Shown one piece after another: positions 36,189 to 44,850 of a DNA stretch of 45,065 nucleotides (within the stretch, counting starts at the first letter, position 1; each line of letters opens with the position of its first letter). The translations under genes were made by a program, and so were the position numbers. The DNA is from an uncultured Thermoflexus sp. (GTDB lineage: Bacteria > Chloroflexota > Anaerolineae > Aggregatilineales > Aggregatilineaceae). The notes beneath the pieces are model-generated. The model was not told where the DNA came from. It ran no database searches and was given only the letters and a program-made list of their open reading frames with translations. The stretch is from positions 1 through 45,065 of the forward strand of contig CAYNHD010000001.1 in NCBI GenBank assembly GCA_964396775.1, in the 5' to 3' direction.

Positions 36189-36968
36189 CTAGAACGGCAC
36201 CACCGTCACCAGAATTCCGCTCGCCCGAAACCGCTCGACGAGCGCCTCCGGCGCGTCCTCGGACGTGATGACGTGCTTCACCTCGGAGGGGGGCACAATG
36301 GTGTACGGTGCGACCTGCCCCCACTTGCTGCCGTCGAGGACAATCACCGGAGCCACGCAGCGCCCGTACATCGCCCGCTTCATGGCCGCTTCGTCCGAGT
36401 CGATCTCCGTGACGCCAATGGCGTCGGAGATGCCGCGCGCCCCGAAGAAACCGACATTGATGTTGATCGGGGGCAGGCTTCCGGGGTTGCCCACGATGGA
36501 GATGGCGTCGCGGCGCAGACGCCCCGCCGGCAGCAGCACGTCCACCTGCGGGCTTTCCAGGAGACTCTGCGCGATGAGGAGGCTATTGGTGATCACCGTG
36601 ACGCGGCTCAGGCGCTTGATGAACGGCACCAGCGCGTAAACCGTCGTGCTGCAATCGAGCGCAACACTGCACCCATCGGCCAGCAAGCCCGCCGCCGCCG
36701 CCGCAATCGCGTTCTTCTGCCTGCGATCTTGCGCCTGTCGCACGTTGAACGACAATTCCTGGAGGATGGAGGCGTCCGCCCGCAGCACGGCCCCGCCATA
36801 GGTGCGCTCCAGCACACCGGTCTCTTCCAGCGCGCTTAGATCGCTGCGGATGGTGACGGCGCTCACCCGCAATTGGGCGGCCAGGTCGGGCACGGACACG
36901 CGGCCATGCTGCCTCAACTGTTCCAGGATCGCCCGGCGTCTTTCTTCCGCGAACATCGGCGCTGACAT
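36189..36968 (-). CDS. DeoR/GlpR-family transcriptional regulator
   Basis: 'ERRRAILEQLRQHGRVSVPDLAAQLRVSAVTIRSDLSALEETGVLERTYGGAV' followed by a DeoR C-terminal sensor domain. Confidence 0.88.
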   Translation of the reverse strand: MSAPMFAEERRRAILEQLRQHGRVSVPDLAAQLRVSAVTIRSDLSALEETGVLERTYGGAVLRADASILQELSFNVRQAQDRRQKNAIAAAAAGLLADGCSVALDCSTTVYALVPFIKRLSRVTVITNSLLIAQSLLESPQVDVLLPAGRLRRDAISIVGNPGSLPPININVGFFGARGISDAIGVTEIDSDEAAMKRAMYGRCVAPVIVLDGSKWGQVAPYTIVPPSEVKHVITSEDAPEALVERFRASGILVTVVPF

Positions 36969-37141
36969 GGCGCGCTTCCTTTGCTCAACAAAACAGTCGA
37001 AACCGAACGAAACTCCACAAAGCCTCGCCTGAACCCATTATACACCATTTCGGCCTGGCAACTCGCCGGAGGGATGCGTGCAGCGGACCAGCGCCAGCCG
37101 GTTATCAGACCTGATTCCTGGCCTCGCACCCCAAGAGACTA

Positions 37142-37170
37142 TTGACTTTCTTTTTGCAATGTTGTATTGT
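37142..37170 (+). promoter_or_regulatory. Candidate sigma70-type promoter of the aldolase gene
   Basis: TTGACT (37142-37147), an exact 17-nt spacer, then TATTGT (37165-37170), in an AT-rich patch about 25 nt upstream of the ATG at 37194. Confidence 0.45.
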
Positions 37171-37191
37171 TATTGCAATCAAAAAGAAAGG
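37147..37191. promoter_or_regulatory. ~45-bp imperfect palindrome overlapping the promoter (candidate DeoR operator)
   Basis: 'ctttctttttgcaat gttgtattgtt attgcaatcaaaaagaaag'. The core is TTGCAAT (37154-37160) / ATTGCAA (37172-37178). The flanking arms CTTTCTTTT / AAAAGAAAG pair with a 2-nt bulge. Confidence 0.4.
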
Positions 37192-37193
37192 AA

Positions 37194-37949
37194 ATGAAAA
37201 TGCAACTGCCAACCTCGCGGAATGGCCGCTCGCTGGCCACCAGCGGCGTGCAGACCCGCAGCCTGGTCACAGACAAGGCCACCATCAGCCAGGTCAGCCC
37301 CCGCGCCTGGCCAGAATGGGATGAGTGGAACGTCCGCACGGAGATATGCGAGGTGGGCCGGCGGCTCTACCAGCATTTCTTCGTCGCGGCGAACGACGGC
37401 AACATCTCCGTCCGCCTCAACGAAGACGAGATCATCATGACCCCGACCAACGTCAGCAAGGGGTTCATGAATCCAGAGGACATGATCAAGCTCAGTGTGG
37501 ATGGCCGCCTGATCGCATCGCGCACAGGGAAAAGCGCCTCCTCCGAGCACCGCATGCACCTGGCGATCTACAGGCACCGCCCGGACATCCGCGCCGTCGT
37601 CCACGCCCACCCGCCGACGGCGACCGGGCTGGCCGTCGCCGGCATCGGCCTGGACAGGCCCTTCCTGCCGGAGACGGTTGTCCGCACCGGGCCGTGCCCG
37701 CTGGTGCCCTACGCCATTCCCGGCGGCGACGAGCTTCCAGAGTCGATCATCCCTTACCTGCGCGACCACGTAACCCTGCTGCTGGGCAATCACGGCGCGG
37801 TGGCCTACGCCCCCACCCTCACCGAAGCGGCGTTCAACATGGAGAGCATCGAGTTGACCGCCCGCATCTACCTGGCAGCGACCCAGGCCGGCCAGATCAA
37901 CTACCTCACTGAGGAACAGATCGCGGCCCTGCACGCGCGCTACGGTTAA
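37194..37949 (+). CDS. Class II aldolase/adducin-family protein (FucA/MtnB-like)
   Basis: 'GRRLYQHFFVAANDGNISVRL..IIMTPTNVSKGFM' and the metal-ligand region 'SSEHRMHLAIYRHRPDIRAVVHAHPPTATGLAV'. There is a ~45-aa N-terminal extension relative to the core fold. The start is uncertain (ATG at 37194 or 37200; the track's TTG at 37167 is unlikely). Confidence 0.8.
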   Translation: MKMQLPTSRNGRSLATSGVQTRSLVTDKATISQVSPRAWPEWDEWNVRTEICEVGRRLYQHFFVAANDGNISVRLNEDEIIMTPTNVSKGFMNPEDMIKLSVDGRLIASRTGKSASSEHRMHLAIYRHRPDIRAVVHAHPPTATGLAVAGIGLDRPFLPETVVRTGPCPLVPYAIPGGDELPESIIPYLRDHVTLLLGNHGAVAYAPTLTEAAFNMESIELTARIYLAATQAGQINYLTEEQIAALHARYG

Positions 37950-37978
37950 CGGCAAGCGCCCTGATGTGGAGGAGGATA

Positions 37979-38008
37979 CCAGGGGTGAGTCGCGGGACTC
38001 ACCCCTGG
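37979..38008. terminator. Bidirectional stem-loop between convergent genes
   Basis: CCAGGGGTGAGTC-gcgg-GACTCACCCCTGG is a perfect 13-bp stem with a 4-nt loop. It lies between the aldolase stop (37949) and the secreted-protein stop (38025). The U-tract is weak. Confidence 0.6.
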
Positions 38009-38024
38009 CAGTGGCTCCTCTAGT

Positions 38025-40493
38025 TTAGTTCCCGTAGTGCATGTGCGCGGTGATCGTGCAACTGCTGGTGGCGGTGAAGGTGATTGAGTTGTCACTGCCG
38101 GATGCCCCGCAGCCAGACCAGTAGTCCACGTTGCATTTGGGGTCAACGGCGACGGCGTGCGCCGCGATCACAGTCCCCGGCGAGTATCCGCCATCGCAGT
38201 TGGGCACGGTGTCAAGCATCGCCGAGCCACCCGTGTATTGGCAGAGGCTCATGTCAATCGCCGCCGTGATGTTCAGGCAGCCTGCACCTGGCGGAGGCGG
38301 CGCGCCGCACGTCGCCGGATCCCACAGGCAGGCTCCGTCCGGCGAAGTGACGCACTCGCTGGCCGGGTGCCCGCAGGTGTCGCAGGAGCCGCACGGCCCC
38401 CACCCATCGCCCGGAGGCCGGCCAGGCTCACCTGGCGGCACCTCTGGCTCGACGGGGACGACCGGCGGCACGTCGCCTGGCGGCACCTGCGTACAGTCGC
38501 CGATGGCCTCCACCTCGGTGGACAGCACCCACAGGCTGAGCGCCGCCTCTCCGCCGGGGATCAGCGACTTGTCAATCTGCCACCACAGGTTGCCCGCCGC
38601 GTCAAAATGGTGTCCGATGACCGGGTATTCCACGCCCGCCGTCAGGAAGGCAAACGCGGCCCGATCCAGGCCCGGCCCGACGCGCACCCGTACATCAGCG
38701 CGGTTGGTGCGGATCAGGCAGGGGAACTGCTCCTGATCCGGTACTTCCGTGATGTCGAACGGCAGCTCGGCGGCGCAGACCATGCCTTCGGGGTCAAACC
38801 AGGGACCGACCACGAACGTATAGCTGCCCGGTTCCAGCCAGTCCACAATGATGCTATGCTGGGCAGGCGAGACGATCACCGGCCAGCCCGGCAGCATCAC
38901 GCCGCCGCTATCCCGGATGTAGAGGCTGTACCCTTCCGCGTCGGGATAGTCTGTCCACTCGAAGGTAACTGAGGTTGCGGTGCGTGCTGAGATCGTCACT
39001 GCGAAGTCCTCGCAGACCGGCAGCCGGCGGATGAACCCCAGCGTGTGCTCGGCCACGCACGGGAACGCCCCGCCCAACTGCACCCGCACGCGCAGCCGCC
39101 ATGTGTCGGCAGCGCCGCTCGGCGGCGGGAGGGTCGTCGTGAAGGAGGTCGTCCCCGTGCCGAGCAGGACGCTGCCCTGCAGCACCTCGGTCCCGTCCTC
39201 CAGAACCTCGAACCACTCCACCACGTAGGCTTCTGCGCCGGGATAGGCCGTCCAGGTCCAGGTCACTTCGCGCGTTTCCGGATCGGCGATCTCGCTGGTG
39301 ACGGTGAACTCGTCGCAGACCGGCTCGCCGCCATCTGGCGGCGGAACCTCGAACTCCTGGCTGGTCTCCTCGATGCATACAACGTCGTCGCCGATGTAGA
39401 CGCGCAACACGAAGCGGAAGGCAACATAGTCCTCCGGCAGGAACCAGGTGAACCAGGTAGGATCGCCGGAAGTCCACTCGCCGTGCGTCAGGTACACCTC
39501 GCCGCCATCGGCCATGCGACCGTAGACGTACACCGCATAGCCGGTCGCGCCCTCCATAACATTCCAGTTGACGGTCACCCGCAGGGGATCGCGCTCGACC
39601 ATTACCACCTCGAAGTCGAGGTCGGGGCAACCGCCACTGTCTGGCGGATCGCCGGGAACGAAGCACGACGGGCATTCCTGCGGACCGGTGCCCGTCACGC
39701 CGGAGATACCCGCCTGCCCCGGCAGGCAGCCAGGCACGTCCGCCGAGCACGTCACCAGCAGGCGCACATTTCCCGCCTCCAGCAAATGGTCGGAGGACAC
39801 TTCGACTTCGTAGCGCCCGCTGCGCGGCGTGACCGTCACCCAGTCTTCGAGTTCCTCGCCGCCGCGCAGCAAGGCAACAGTCTGCCCGCGCTGGTCGTAG
39901 ACCCTGACCACGAACGGGTAGGTAAAGGGCTGCCCTTCGCTCAGATTGGTCACAACGAGCGAGGTGGGGCAGTCCTCAGCCTCGAACCAGAAGAGTAGTG
40001 GGTCGGCGGTAGGGATCAGGGTCACCTCCACCGCCTGCCCGAAAATCAACTCTGTGCTGTCCGGCGCGCTCCGCCCCAGCAGGGTCAGCGCGAAGTCGCC
40101 GGTTGTGGCGTTCTCGCTGGTGATCCACAGCAGGTAGATGCCGTCGCCCGGCAGCACCGCCGAGAGGTACGCGCCCTGCATGTTGTCGTCGAGCGTGTTC
40201 TGAGTACTACTGGCGAGGATCACTCCATTGGGAGCGATCAATTCGGCGCGCAGGTCGAGCGTCCCCGTCCAGTTGTCGGCGATGACAGTGATCACATCGC
40301 CCACGCCGCCCTCAAAGCTGTAGGTGACGCGCGGCGCATCTTCCGCGATGGTGCCGAACACCTTCGCGCCGTAGCTGATCGTGCCGCCGCCCTGGGCCTG
40401 AGTGGCCGTCGGCGTATGGGACAGTGATCCGATGACCACGAGGATGGCGATCAGCAGGGCGGCGCGCAGCCAGTGGGTGTGTTTGTGTGTCAT
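38025..40493 (-). CDS. Secreted multidomain protein: 2 PPC-like domains + ~4-5 Cys-bracketed Fn3-like modules + SH3b + Pro-rich linker + Cys-rich / InlB-B-repeat-like C-terminus
   Basis: 822 aa. Signal peptide '..LIAILVVIGSLSHTPTATQAQ'. PPC-like region 'YSFEGGVGDVITVIADNWTGTLDLRAELIAPNGVILASS..GIYLLWITSENATTGDFALTL'. Repeated 'W.W.AYPGAEAYVV'-type modules. SH3b-like 'VRVRVGPGLDRAAFAFLTAGVEYPVIGHHFDAAGNLWWQI'. C-terminus 'YSPGTVIAAHAVAVDPKCNVDYWSGCGASGSDNSITFTATSSCTITAHM'. Confidence 0.75.
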   Translation of the reverse strand: MTHKHTHWLRAALLIAILVVIGSLSHTPTATQAQGGGTISYGAKVFGTIAEDAPRVTYSFEGGVGDVITVIADNWTGTLDLRAELIAPNGVILASSTQNTLDDNMQGAYLSAVLPGDGIYLLWITSENATTGDFALTLLGRSAPDSTELIFGQAVEVTLIPTADPLLFWFEAEDCPTSLVVTNLSEGQPFTYPFVVRVYDQRGQTVALLRGGEELEDWVTVTPRSGRYEVEVSSDHLLEAGNVRLLVTCSADVPGCLPGQAGISGVTGTGPQECPSCFVPGDPPDSGGCPDLDFEVVMVERDPLRVTVNWNVMEGATGYAVYVYGRMADGGEVYLTHGEWTSGDPTWFTWFLPEDYVAFRFVLRVYIGDDVVCIEETSQEFEVPPPDGGEPVCDEFTVTSEIADPETREVTWTWTAYPGAEAYVVEWFEVLEDGTEVLQGSVLLGTGTTSFTTTLPPPSGAADTWRLRVRVQLGGAFPCVAEHTLGFIRRLPVCEDFAVTISARTATSVTFEWTDYPDAEGYSLYIRDSGGVMLPGWPVIVSPAQHSIIVDWLEPGSYTFVVGPWFDPEGMVCAAELPFDITEVPDQEQFPCLIRTNRADVRVRVGPGLDRAAFAFLTAGVEYPVIGHHFDAAGNLWWQIDKSLIPGGEAALSLWVLSTEVEAIGDCTQVPPGDVPPVVPVEPEVPPGEPGRPPGDGWGPCGSCDTCGHPASECVTSPDGACLWDPATCGAPPPPGAGCLNITAAIDMSLCQYTGGSAMLDTVPNCDGGYSPGTVIAAHAVAVDPKCNVDYWSGCGASGSDNSITFTATSSCTITAHMHYGN

Positions 40494-40505
40494 GGTGCGC
40501 CCTCC

Positions 40506-42011
40506 TTATAGCCCTTCCCAGGGGTTGGCCGCTGGAACGAACTCAACATCAGCGCCGCCGCCGCACAGGAAGCCCTGCGGCATATCGCCGAAGGCTCCGC
40601 CGCCAGTAGCTTCGCTGTAGGCATCAACCTCGATCCGGAAGCGGGCATAGTCAGCGGGGAACAACCCGAAACCTGCCAGATGGTAGCTGGTGTGAGTGCC
40701 GGGCACGGTGAGGACGCGAATTCCGATCAGCCCGCCATCATCCGCGTAGGCATAGACATGGATCAGATAGGCAGCAGCGCCCGGCGCTGCGGTCCAACTC
40801 GCTACAGCGCGGCGCTCCTCGCCCGGCACGATGTCCACGCGCACGTCAATCGAGCACTCTGGAACCAGCCCGTCGAAGGAGAACTGAACCTCGTCCACGC
40901 AGATGAGTTCACCAATTTCCAAGCCACTGCCCGCGCGCACGTAGGCCGTGAAAGGCCCCCGTCCCAGGTCAGCGAGGGGGATGGCGTACAGGTGGCTGGT
41001 TTCGCCCTCCAGCATTACGGGCGAGTCGGCGAGCATGACGCCCCAGGCATCCAGGATGTAGAAGATGTACCACTCGGCGCCCTCGACGGCGGGCCAGGTG
41101 AAGGAGAACGTACTGTCTCCTTCGTGAGTGGCCGTCACCTCGAAGTCGTCGCATAGCTCGCCGCCGAAGTCTTCGCTGAAGCACGGCGGGCACTCCGCCG
41201 CCACACCTGTGACCCCCGCAGCCCCGCTCACGCCCCCGCCGACGCAGCCGGGAGCCTGATCCGCGCAACTGATCAGCAGATGAATCGTTCCCTGCTGTTG
41301 CGGGTCTTCGGAGAGCACTTCTACTTCATAGCGGCCACTGCGCGCGGGCAGTATCAGGCGATCTTCCACCGCGTCCCCGCCATACAACAGGGCGATCAGG
41401 GTGCCCTGCGCGTTGCGCACCTTGACCATGAAGGGGAAGGTAAACGGCTGCCCTTCGCTCAGGTTGGCGACAGTGAAGACGGTCGGGCAGTCCTCAGTTT
41501 CAAAGGCGAAGTACTGCGGCTGCGGGTTCAAGGGGACGGTGACATCAAGCCCCTGCCCGTAGAGCAGCGGCGTGGCGATGACCACGCCCCGCCCCTGCAG
41601 AGTGAGCAGAAACTGGCCGCTCGTCCCGCTCTCCGCGCTGACCAGCAGCATGTAGACGCCGGTCTGCGGCAAAAAAAGCGCCAGGGTCGCGTCCTGGCTC
41701 TCGACGACAAACGGACTGCGCGTGCTACTGCCGGCGTTCTGCCCGTCGGGGGCCAGCAGCGTCACCTGAGGATCGAGCGTGCCGACCCAGTTCCTGACGT
41801 GCACCTGAACCAGGTCGCCCGCTGTACCATTGAAGCTGTACATCACTTCGGGGAGATCGGCAGAGACCCTGCCGAGAACCTTCGAGCCGTAGCTGATGCT
41901 CCCCCCGCCCTGGGCGTCTGCCACCGGACGTTGGGCCAGCACGGCCCCCGCGATAATCCCGATCAGCAGCACCGTGAGGGCTGCTCTACCCCAACCAGGC
42001 CACTGGCGCAT
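40506..42011 (-). CDS. Secreted multidomain protein, shorter paralog (2 PPC-like domains + 2 Cys-bracketed Fn3-like modules)
   Basis: 501 aa. The N-terminal ~270 aa are collinear with the downstream gene ('AQGGGSISYGSKVLGRV..' versus 'AQGGGTISYGAKVFGTI..', and 'ANLSEGQPFTFPFMVKV' versus 'TNLSEGQPFTYPFVVRV'). A 12-nt gap with a GGAGGG RBS precedes the next gene. Confidence 0.75.
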   Translation of the reverse strand: MRQWPGWGRAALTVLLIGIIAGAVLAQRPVADAQGGGSISYGSKVLGRVSADLPEVMYSFNGTAGDLVQVHVRNWVGTLDPQVTLLAPDGQNAGSSTRSPFVVESQDATLALFLPQTGVYMLLVSAESGTSGQFLLTLQGRGVVIATPLLYGQGLDVTVPLNPQPQYFAFETEDCPTVFTVANLSEGQPFTFPFMVKVRNAQGTLIALLYGGDAVEDRLILPARSGRYEVEVLSEDPQQQGTIHLLISCADQAPGCVGGGVSGAAGVTGVAAECPPCFSEDFGGELCDDFEVTATHEGDSTFSFTWPAVEGAEWYIFYILDAWGVMLADSPVMLEGETSHLYAIPLADLGRGPFTAYVRAGSGLEIGELICVDEVQFSFDGLVPECSIDVRVDIVPGEERRAVASWTAAPGAAAYLIHVYAYADDGGLIGIRVLTVPGTHTSYHLAGFGLFPADYARFRIEVDAYSEATGGGAFGDMPQGFLCGGGADVEFVPAANPWEGL

Positions 42012-42106
42012 GGGCTAGCCTCCTCAAAGCAACTAACTGGCTTTGCACCTCCCCAGTCCAGCCTTTCAACTGGACAGCGGTCGTTTGCGAAATCTGGTAC
42101 AAATTC

Positions 42107-42136
42107 ATCATACGCTGATCGGCTATCTTGAATCAA
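42107..42136 (-). promoter_or_regulatory. Candidate promoter for the secreted-protein gene pair
   Basis: On the minus strand: TTGATT (42136-42131), an 18-nt spacer, then TATGAT (42112-42107), in an AT-richer divergent region about 95 nt upstream of the ATG at 42011. Confidence 0.4.
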
Positions 42137-42246
42137 CAAAGAAGTCGTAAGAGACTTGTAGAGATTGACGCTGCCCCTCCCACCGTTGACGGGGCGCGGC
42201 ACATAGGGCATGATTGGGGCGCGATCCCATTCCTAGCGAGCGGCCC

Positions 42247-43350
42247 ATGCGTGTCCTGATGCTGTCGAAGGCGTGCGTCGTCGGCACCTACCAGCGTAAG
42301 CTCGAAGAGATGGCGGCGCTGCCGGAGGTGACGCTGCGCGTGCTCGTCCCACCGGCCTGGCGCGACGCTGCGCGCGGCGCGTTGCGCCTGGAACGGGCGC
42401 ACGTCACCGGCTATGATCTGCGCGTCACGCCGATCCGCTTCAACGGCAGCTTTCACCTGCACCATTACCCGCAGTTCGGGCGCGAAGTGCGCGCCTTCCA
42501 GCCGGACATCGTGCACATTGACGAGGAGCCGTACAACCTCGCCACCTGGCACGCGCTGTGGCACGCTCGGCGGGCCGGGGCGCGAACCCTGTTCTTCTCG
42601 TGGCAGAACATCGCCCGCCGCTACCCCCTGCCCTTCCGCCTGGGCGAGCGTTGGGTGCTGCGCACGGTGAACTATGCCATCGTTGGCACGAAGAGCGCGG
42701 CGGAGATCTGGCGGGCGAAGGGCTACACCGGGCCACTGGCGATCATCCCGCAGTTCGGCGTAGACCCGGACGTGTTCGCTCCAGCGGAACGCCCGCGCAA
42801 TGATGAGACGTTCGTCGTGGGCTTCGTGGGGCGGCTGGTTGAGGAGAAGGGCGGCGCGATCCTGCTGGATGCGCTGGCCCGGTTGAATGGCGCGTGGCGG
42901 CTCGACGTGATCGGCGAGGGGCCCCAGCGCGCGGCGCTGGCCGAGCAGGCGCGGCGGCTGGGTATCGCCGACCGCGTTACCTTCGCCGCGCTGCCCTCGA
43001 CGCAGATGCCGGACTTCTACCGGCGCGTTGACACGCTGGCCGTGCCTTCCCTGACGCGACCCAACTGGAAGGAGCAGTTTGGTCGTGTCATCGTCGAGGC
43101 GATGGCCTGCGGTGTGCCGGTTGTCGGCTCGTCGAGCGGGGCGATCCCGGACGTGACCGGCGAGGGCGGGCTGATCGTCCCCGAAGGCGACAGCGCGGCC
43201 CTGGCCGACGCGCTGCGCCGCCTGCAAGCAGCACCCGACCTGCGCCGTACTTTGGGAGAGCGAGGGCGGACGCGCGTCCTGGCGCACTACACGCAGGCGC
43301 AGGTCGCCGCGCAGACGGTCGCCGTCTACCGCGCGCTGCTGGCGCGCTAG
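42247..43350 (+). CDS. Glycosyltransferase family 4 (GT-B, Glycos_transf_1)
   Basis: 'MRVLMLSKACVVGTYQRKLEE', 'FVGRLVEEKGGAILLDAL' and the EX7E region 'KEQFGRVIVEAMACGVPVVGSSSGAIPDV'. I prefer the ATG at 42247 over the track start at 42214. Confidence 0.85.
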   Translation: MRVLMLSKACVVGTYQRKLEEMAALPEVTLRVLVPPAWRDAARGALRLERAHVTGYDLRVTPIRFNGSFHLHHYPQFGREVRAFQPDIVHIDEEPYNLATWHALWHARRAGARTLFFSWQNIARRYPLPFRLGERWVLRTVNYAIVGTKSAAEIWRAKGYTGPLAIIPQFGVDPDVFAPAERPRNDETFVVGFVGRLVEEKGGAILLDALARLNGAWRLDVIGEGPQRAALAEQARRLGIADRVTFAALPSTQMPDFYRRVDTLAVPSLTRPNWKEQFGRVIVEAMACGVPVVGSSSGAIPDVTGEGGLIVPEGDSAALADALRRLQAAPDLRRTLGERGRTRVLAHYTQAQVAAQTVAVYRALLAR

Positions 43351-43381
43351 CCGCTGAGTGTGCTTTACTCTAAAGAGCGTA

Positions 43382-43423
43382 ACCGCAGAATGTCTCTGCG
43401 CTCTCTGCGTCTCTACGGTTCAG
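43382..43423. repeat. Family C repeat unit (CTCTGCG-type)
   Basis: 'accgcagaatgtctctgcgctctctgcgtctctacggttcag' matches 18559-18588 ('ctccgcgtcctccgcgtctgtgcggttcag') by eye. The internal ACCGCAGA/TCTACGGT ends are near-complementary. Confidence 0.45.
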
Positions 43424-43536
43424 AACCCCCCCGAACCTGACATGCAGCCCTGGCCAGCAGACGCATTGCGCATTGCGCACGGGGAAACGCCGTGTTAGAG
43501 TCTCGCTCGATACCGGCAACGCAGGACAGGATCATC

Positions 43537-44310
43537 ATGCTCAAAGCAGTGCTCTTCGACCTGGACCAGACCCTTATGGACTGGAGCCAGGTCGAGCCGT
43601 GGGAAGACTACCAGTGGCAGCGTATCACGGCGCTGCTCGACTACGCGCGCCAGACGCTCGACGCTCCGCCAGAGCTAACGCCGGAGACGCTGCTCGCGGC
43701 CTTTCACCAGGCGAGCAGCGTGGCCTGGCAGCGCGCGCGTCTCACCCTGCAAGCGCCCAGCGTCAGCGCGGTGCTCGTGGAAGCGCTGGCGGCGGTGGGC
43801 GTGTCCGTGCACGAGGCCGACTCGACCGCAGTGCTGCGCGCCTACAGCGGGCGTCCGCCGGCGGGCGAGCGGGCCTATCCCGACGTGCTCGACGTGCTGC
43901 CGCAAATTCAGGCGTGCGGCGTCGCGCTGGGCCTGATCACCAACTCCGCGCACCCCATGTACCTGCGCGATTACGAATTGCGCGCGACGGGGATGCTCGA
44001 CCTCTTTCCGATGTGCCGCCTGTCGGCGGTGGATGTGGGCGTGATCAAGCCGCACCCGGACATCTTCAAATACGGGCTGGACTTGCTGGGCGTCGAGCCG
44101 CACGAAGCGGTCTTCGTCGGCGACAGCCTGGAAGCAGATGTCGCCGGAGCGCAGGGAGCGGGCATCTACAGCGTGTGGATCGCTCGCGAGGGCGAGGCAG
44201 TGGAGGCCAACGACGAGATCGTGCCGGACGCCGCCATCACCACGCTGCACGAGTTACTGCCGGTGTTGGATCGCTGGTTTCCGGGATGGCGTAACGGGCA
44301 CGGGCCATGA
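43537..44310 (+). CDS. HAD-superfamily hydrolase
   Basis: Motif I 'AVLFDLDQTLMDW', motif II 'LGLITNS', motif III/IV 'KPHPDIF...VFVGDSLEADVAGAQGAG'. I prefer the ATG at 43537. Confidence 0.8.
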   Translation: MLKAVLFDLDQTLMDWSQVEPWEDYQWQRITALLDYARQTLDAPPELTPETLLAAFHQASSVAWQRARLTLQAPSVSAVLVEALAAVGVSVHEADSTAVLRAYSGRPPAGERAYPDVLDVLPQIQACGVALGLITNSAHPMYLRDYELRATGMLDLFPMCRLSAVDVGVIKPHPDIFKYGLDLLGVEPHEAVFVGDSLEADVAGAQGAGIYSVWIAREGEAVEANDEIVPDAAITTLHELLPVLDRWFPGWRNGHGP

Positions 44311-44846
44311 GCGCGGTCTTTGAGGCAGCGCCCTACCAAAACCTGACTCTCACCGGGCCGATGGGCGTGGGCAAGACGACGGTGGGCCGGGCGGTGGCCC
44401 AACGCCTGGGCGCGGAGTTCTTCGACCTGGAGAACGAGATTCTGGCGCGTGAGAGCCAGTCCACCGACGCGATCCGCGAGCTATTCGGCGAGGCGCGCCT
44501 GAAGGCGCTGGAGATGACGGCCATCCGCGACCTGACGTTGCGCCGCCACGCAGTGATCGTCGTCGGCGGGCCGGCGGTGCTCGACGAAACGAACCGCGCG
44601 CGCCTGGCCGAGGCCGGGCCGATCCTGTGCCTTACCTGCCGCCTCGACGAGATTCTGCGGCGGATGCACGCTGCGCGCGGGGCGTGGTTTCACAACCCGG
44701 CCAATCGCGGGGTGCTGCTCAGCCGCCTGAAGCGTGAGATGCGCGTGACGGCGCTCGACCTGCCCAAGCTGGACACGTCGCGGCTGTCCATCGAAGAGAC
44801 GACGGCGGCGGTCGCGGCCTATTGGCTGGAGCACGCCCGGCTGTAG
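44307..44846 (+). CDS. aroK: Shikimate kinase-like P-loop kinase
   Basis: 'LTGPMGVGKTTVGRAVAQRLGAEFFDLENEILARESQSTDAIRELFGEARLKALE' fits the AroK pattern (Walker A, D-x-D/E, GE..FR..E). ATGA overlap with the HAD gene. Confidence 0.7.
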   Translation: MSAVFEAAPYQNLTLTGPMGVGKTTVGRAVAQRLGAEFFDLENEILARESQSTDAIRELFGEARLKALEMTAIRDLTLRRHAVIVVGGPAVLDETNRARLAEAGPILCLTCRLDEILRRMHAARGAWFHNPANRGVLLSRLKREMRVTALDLPKLDTSRLSIEETTAAVAAYWLEHARL

Positions 44847-44850
44847 AATG

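Noticed and set aside
38025-42011. Diversity-generating retroelement target (variable C-terminal lectin-like domain) or RiPP/toxin system in the secreted-protein pair
   Set aside because: There is no reverse transcriptase. I noticed no template/variable DNA repeat pair with adenine-specific differences. There are no precursor-peptide or maturation genes in the window.
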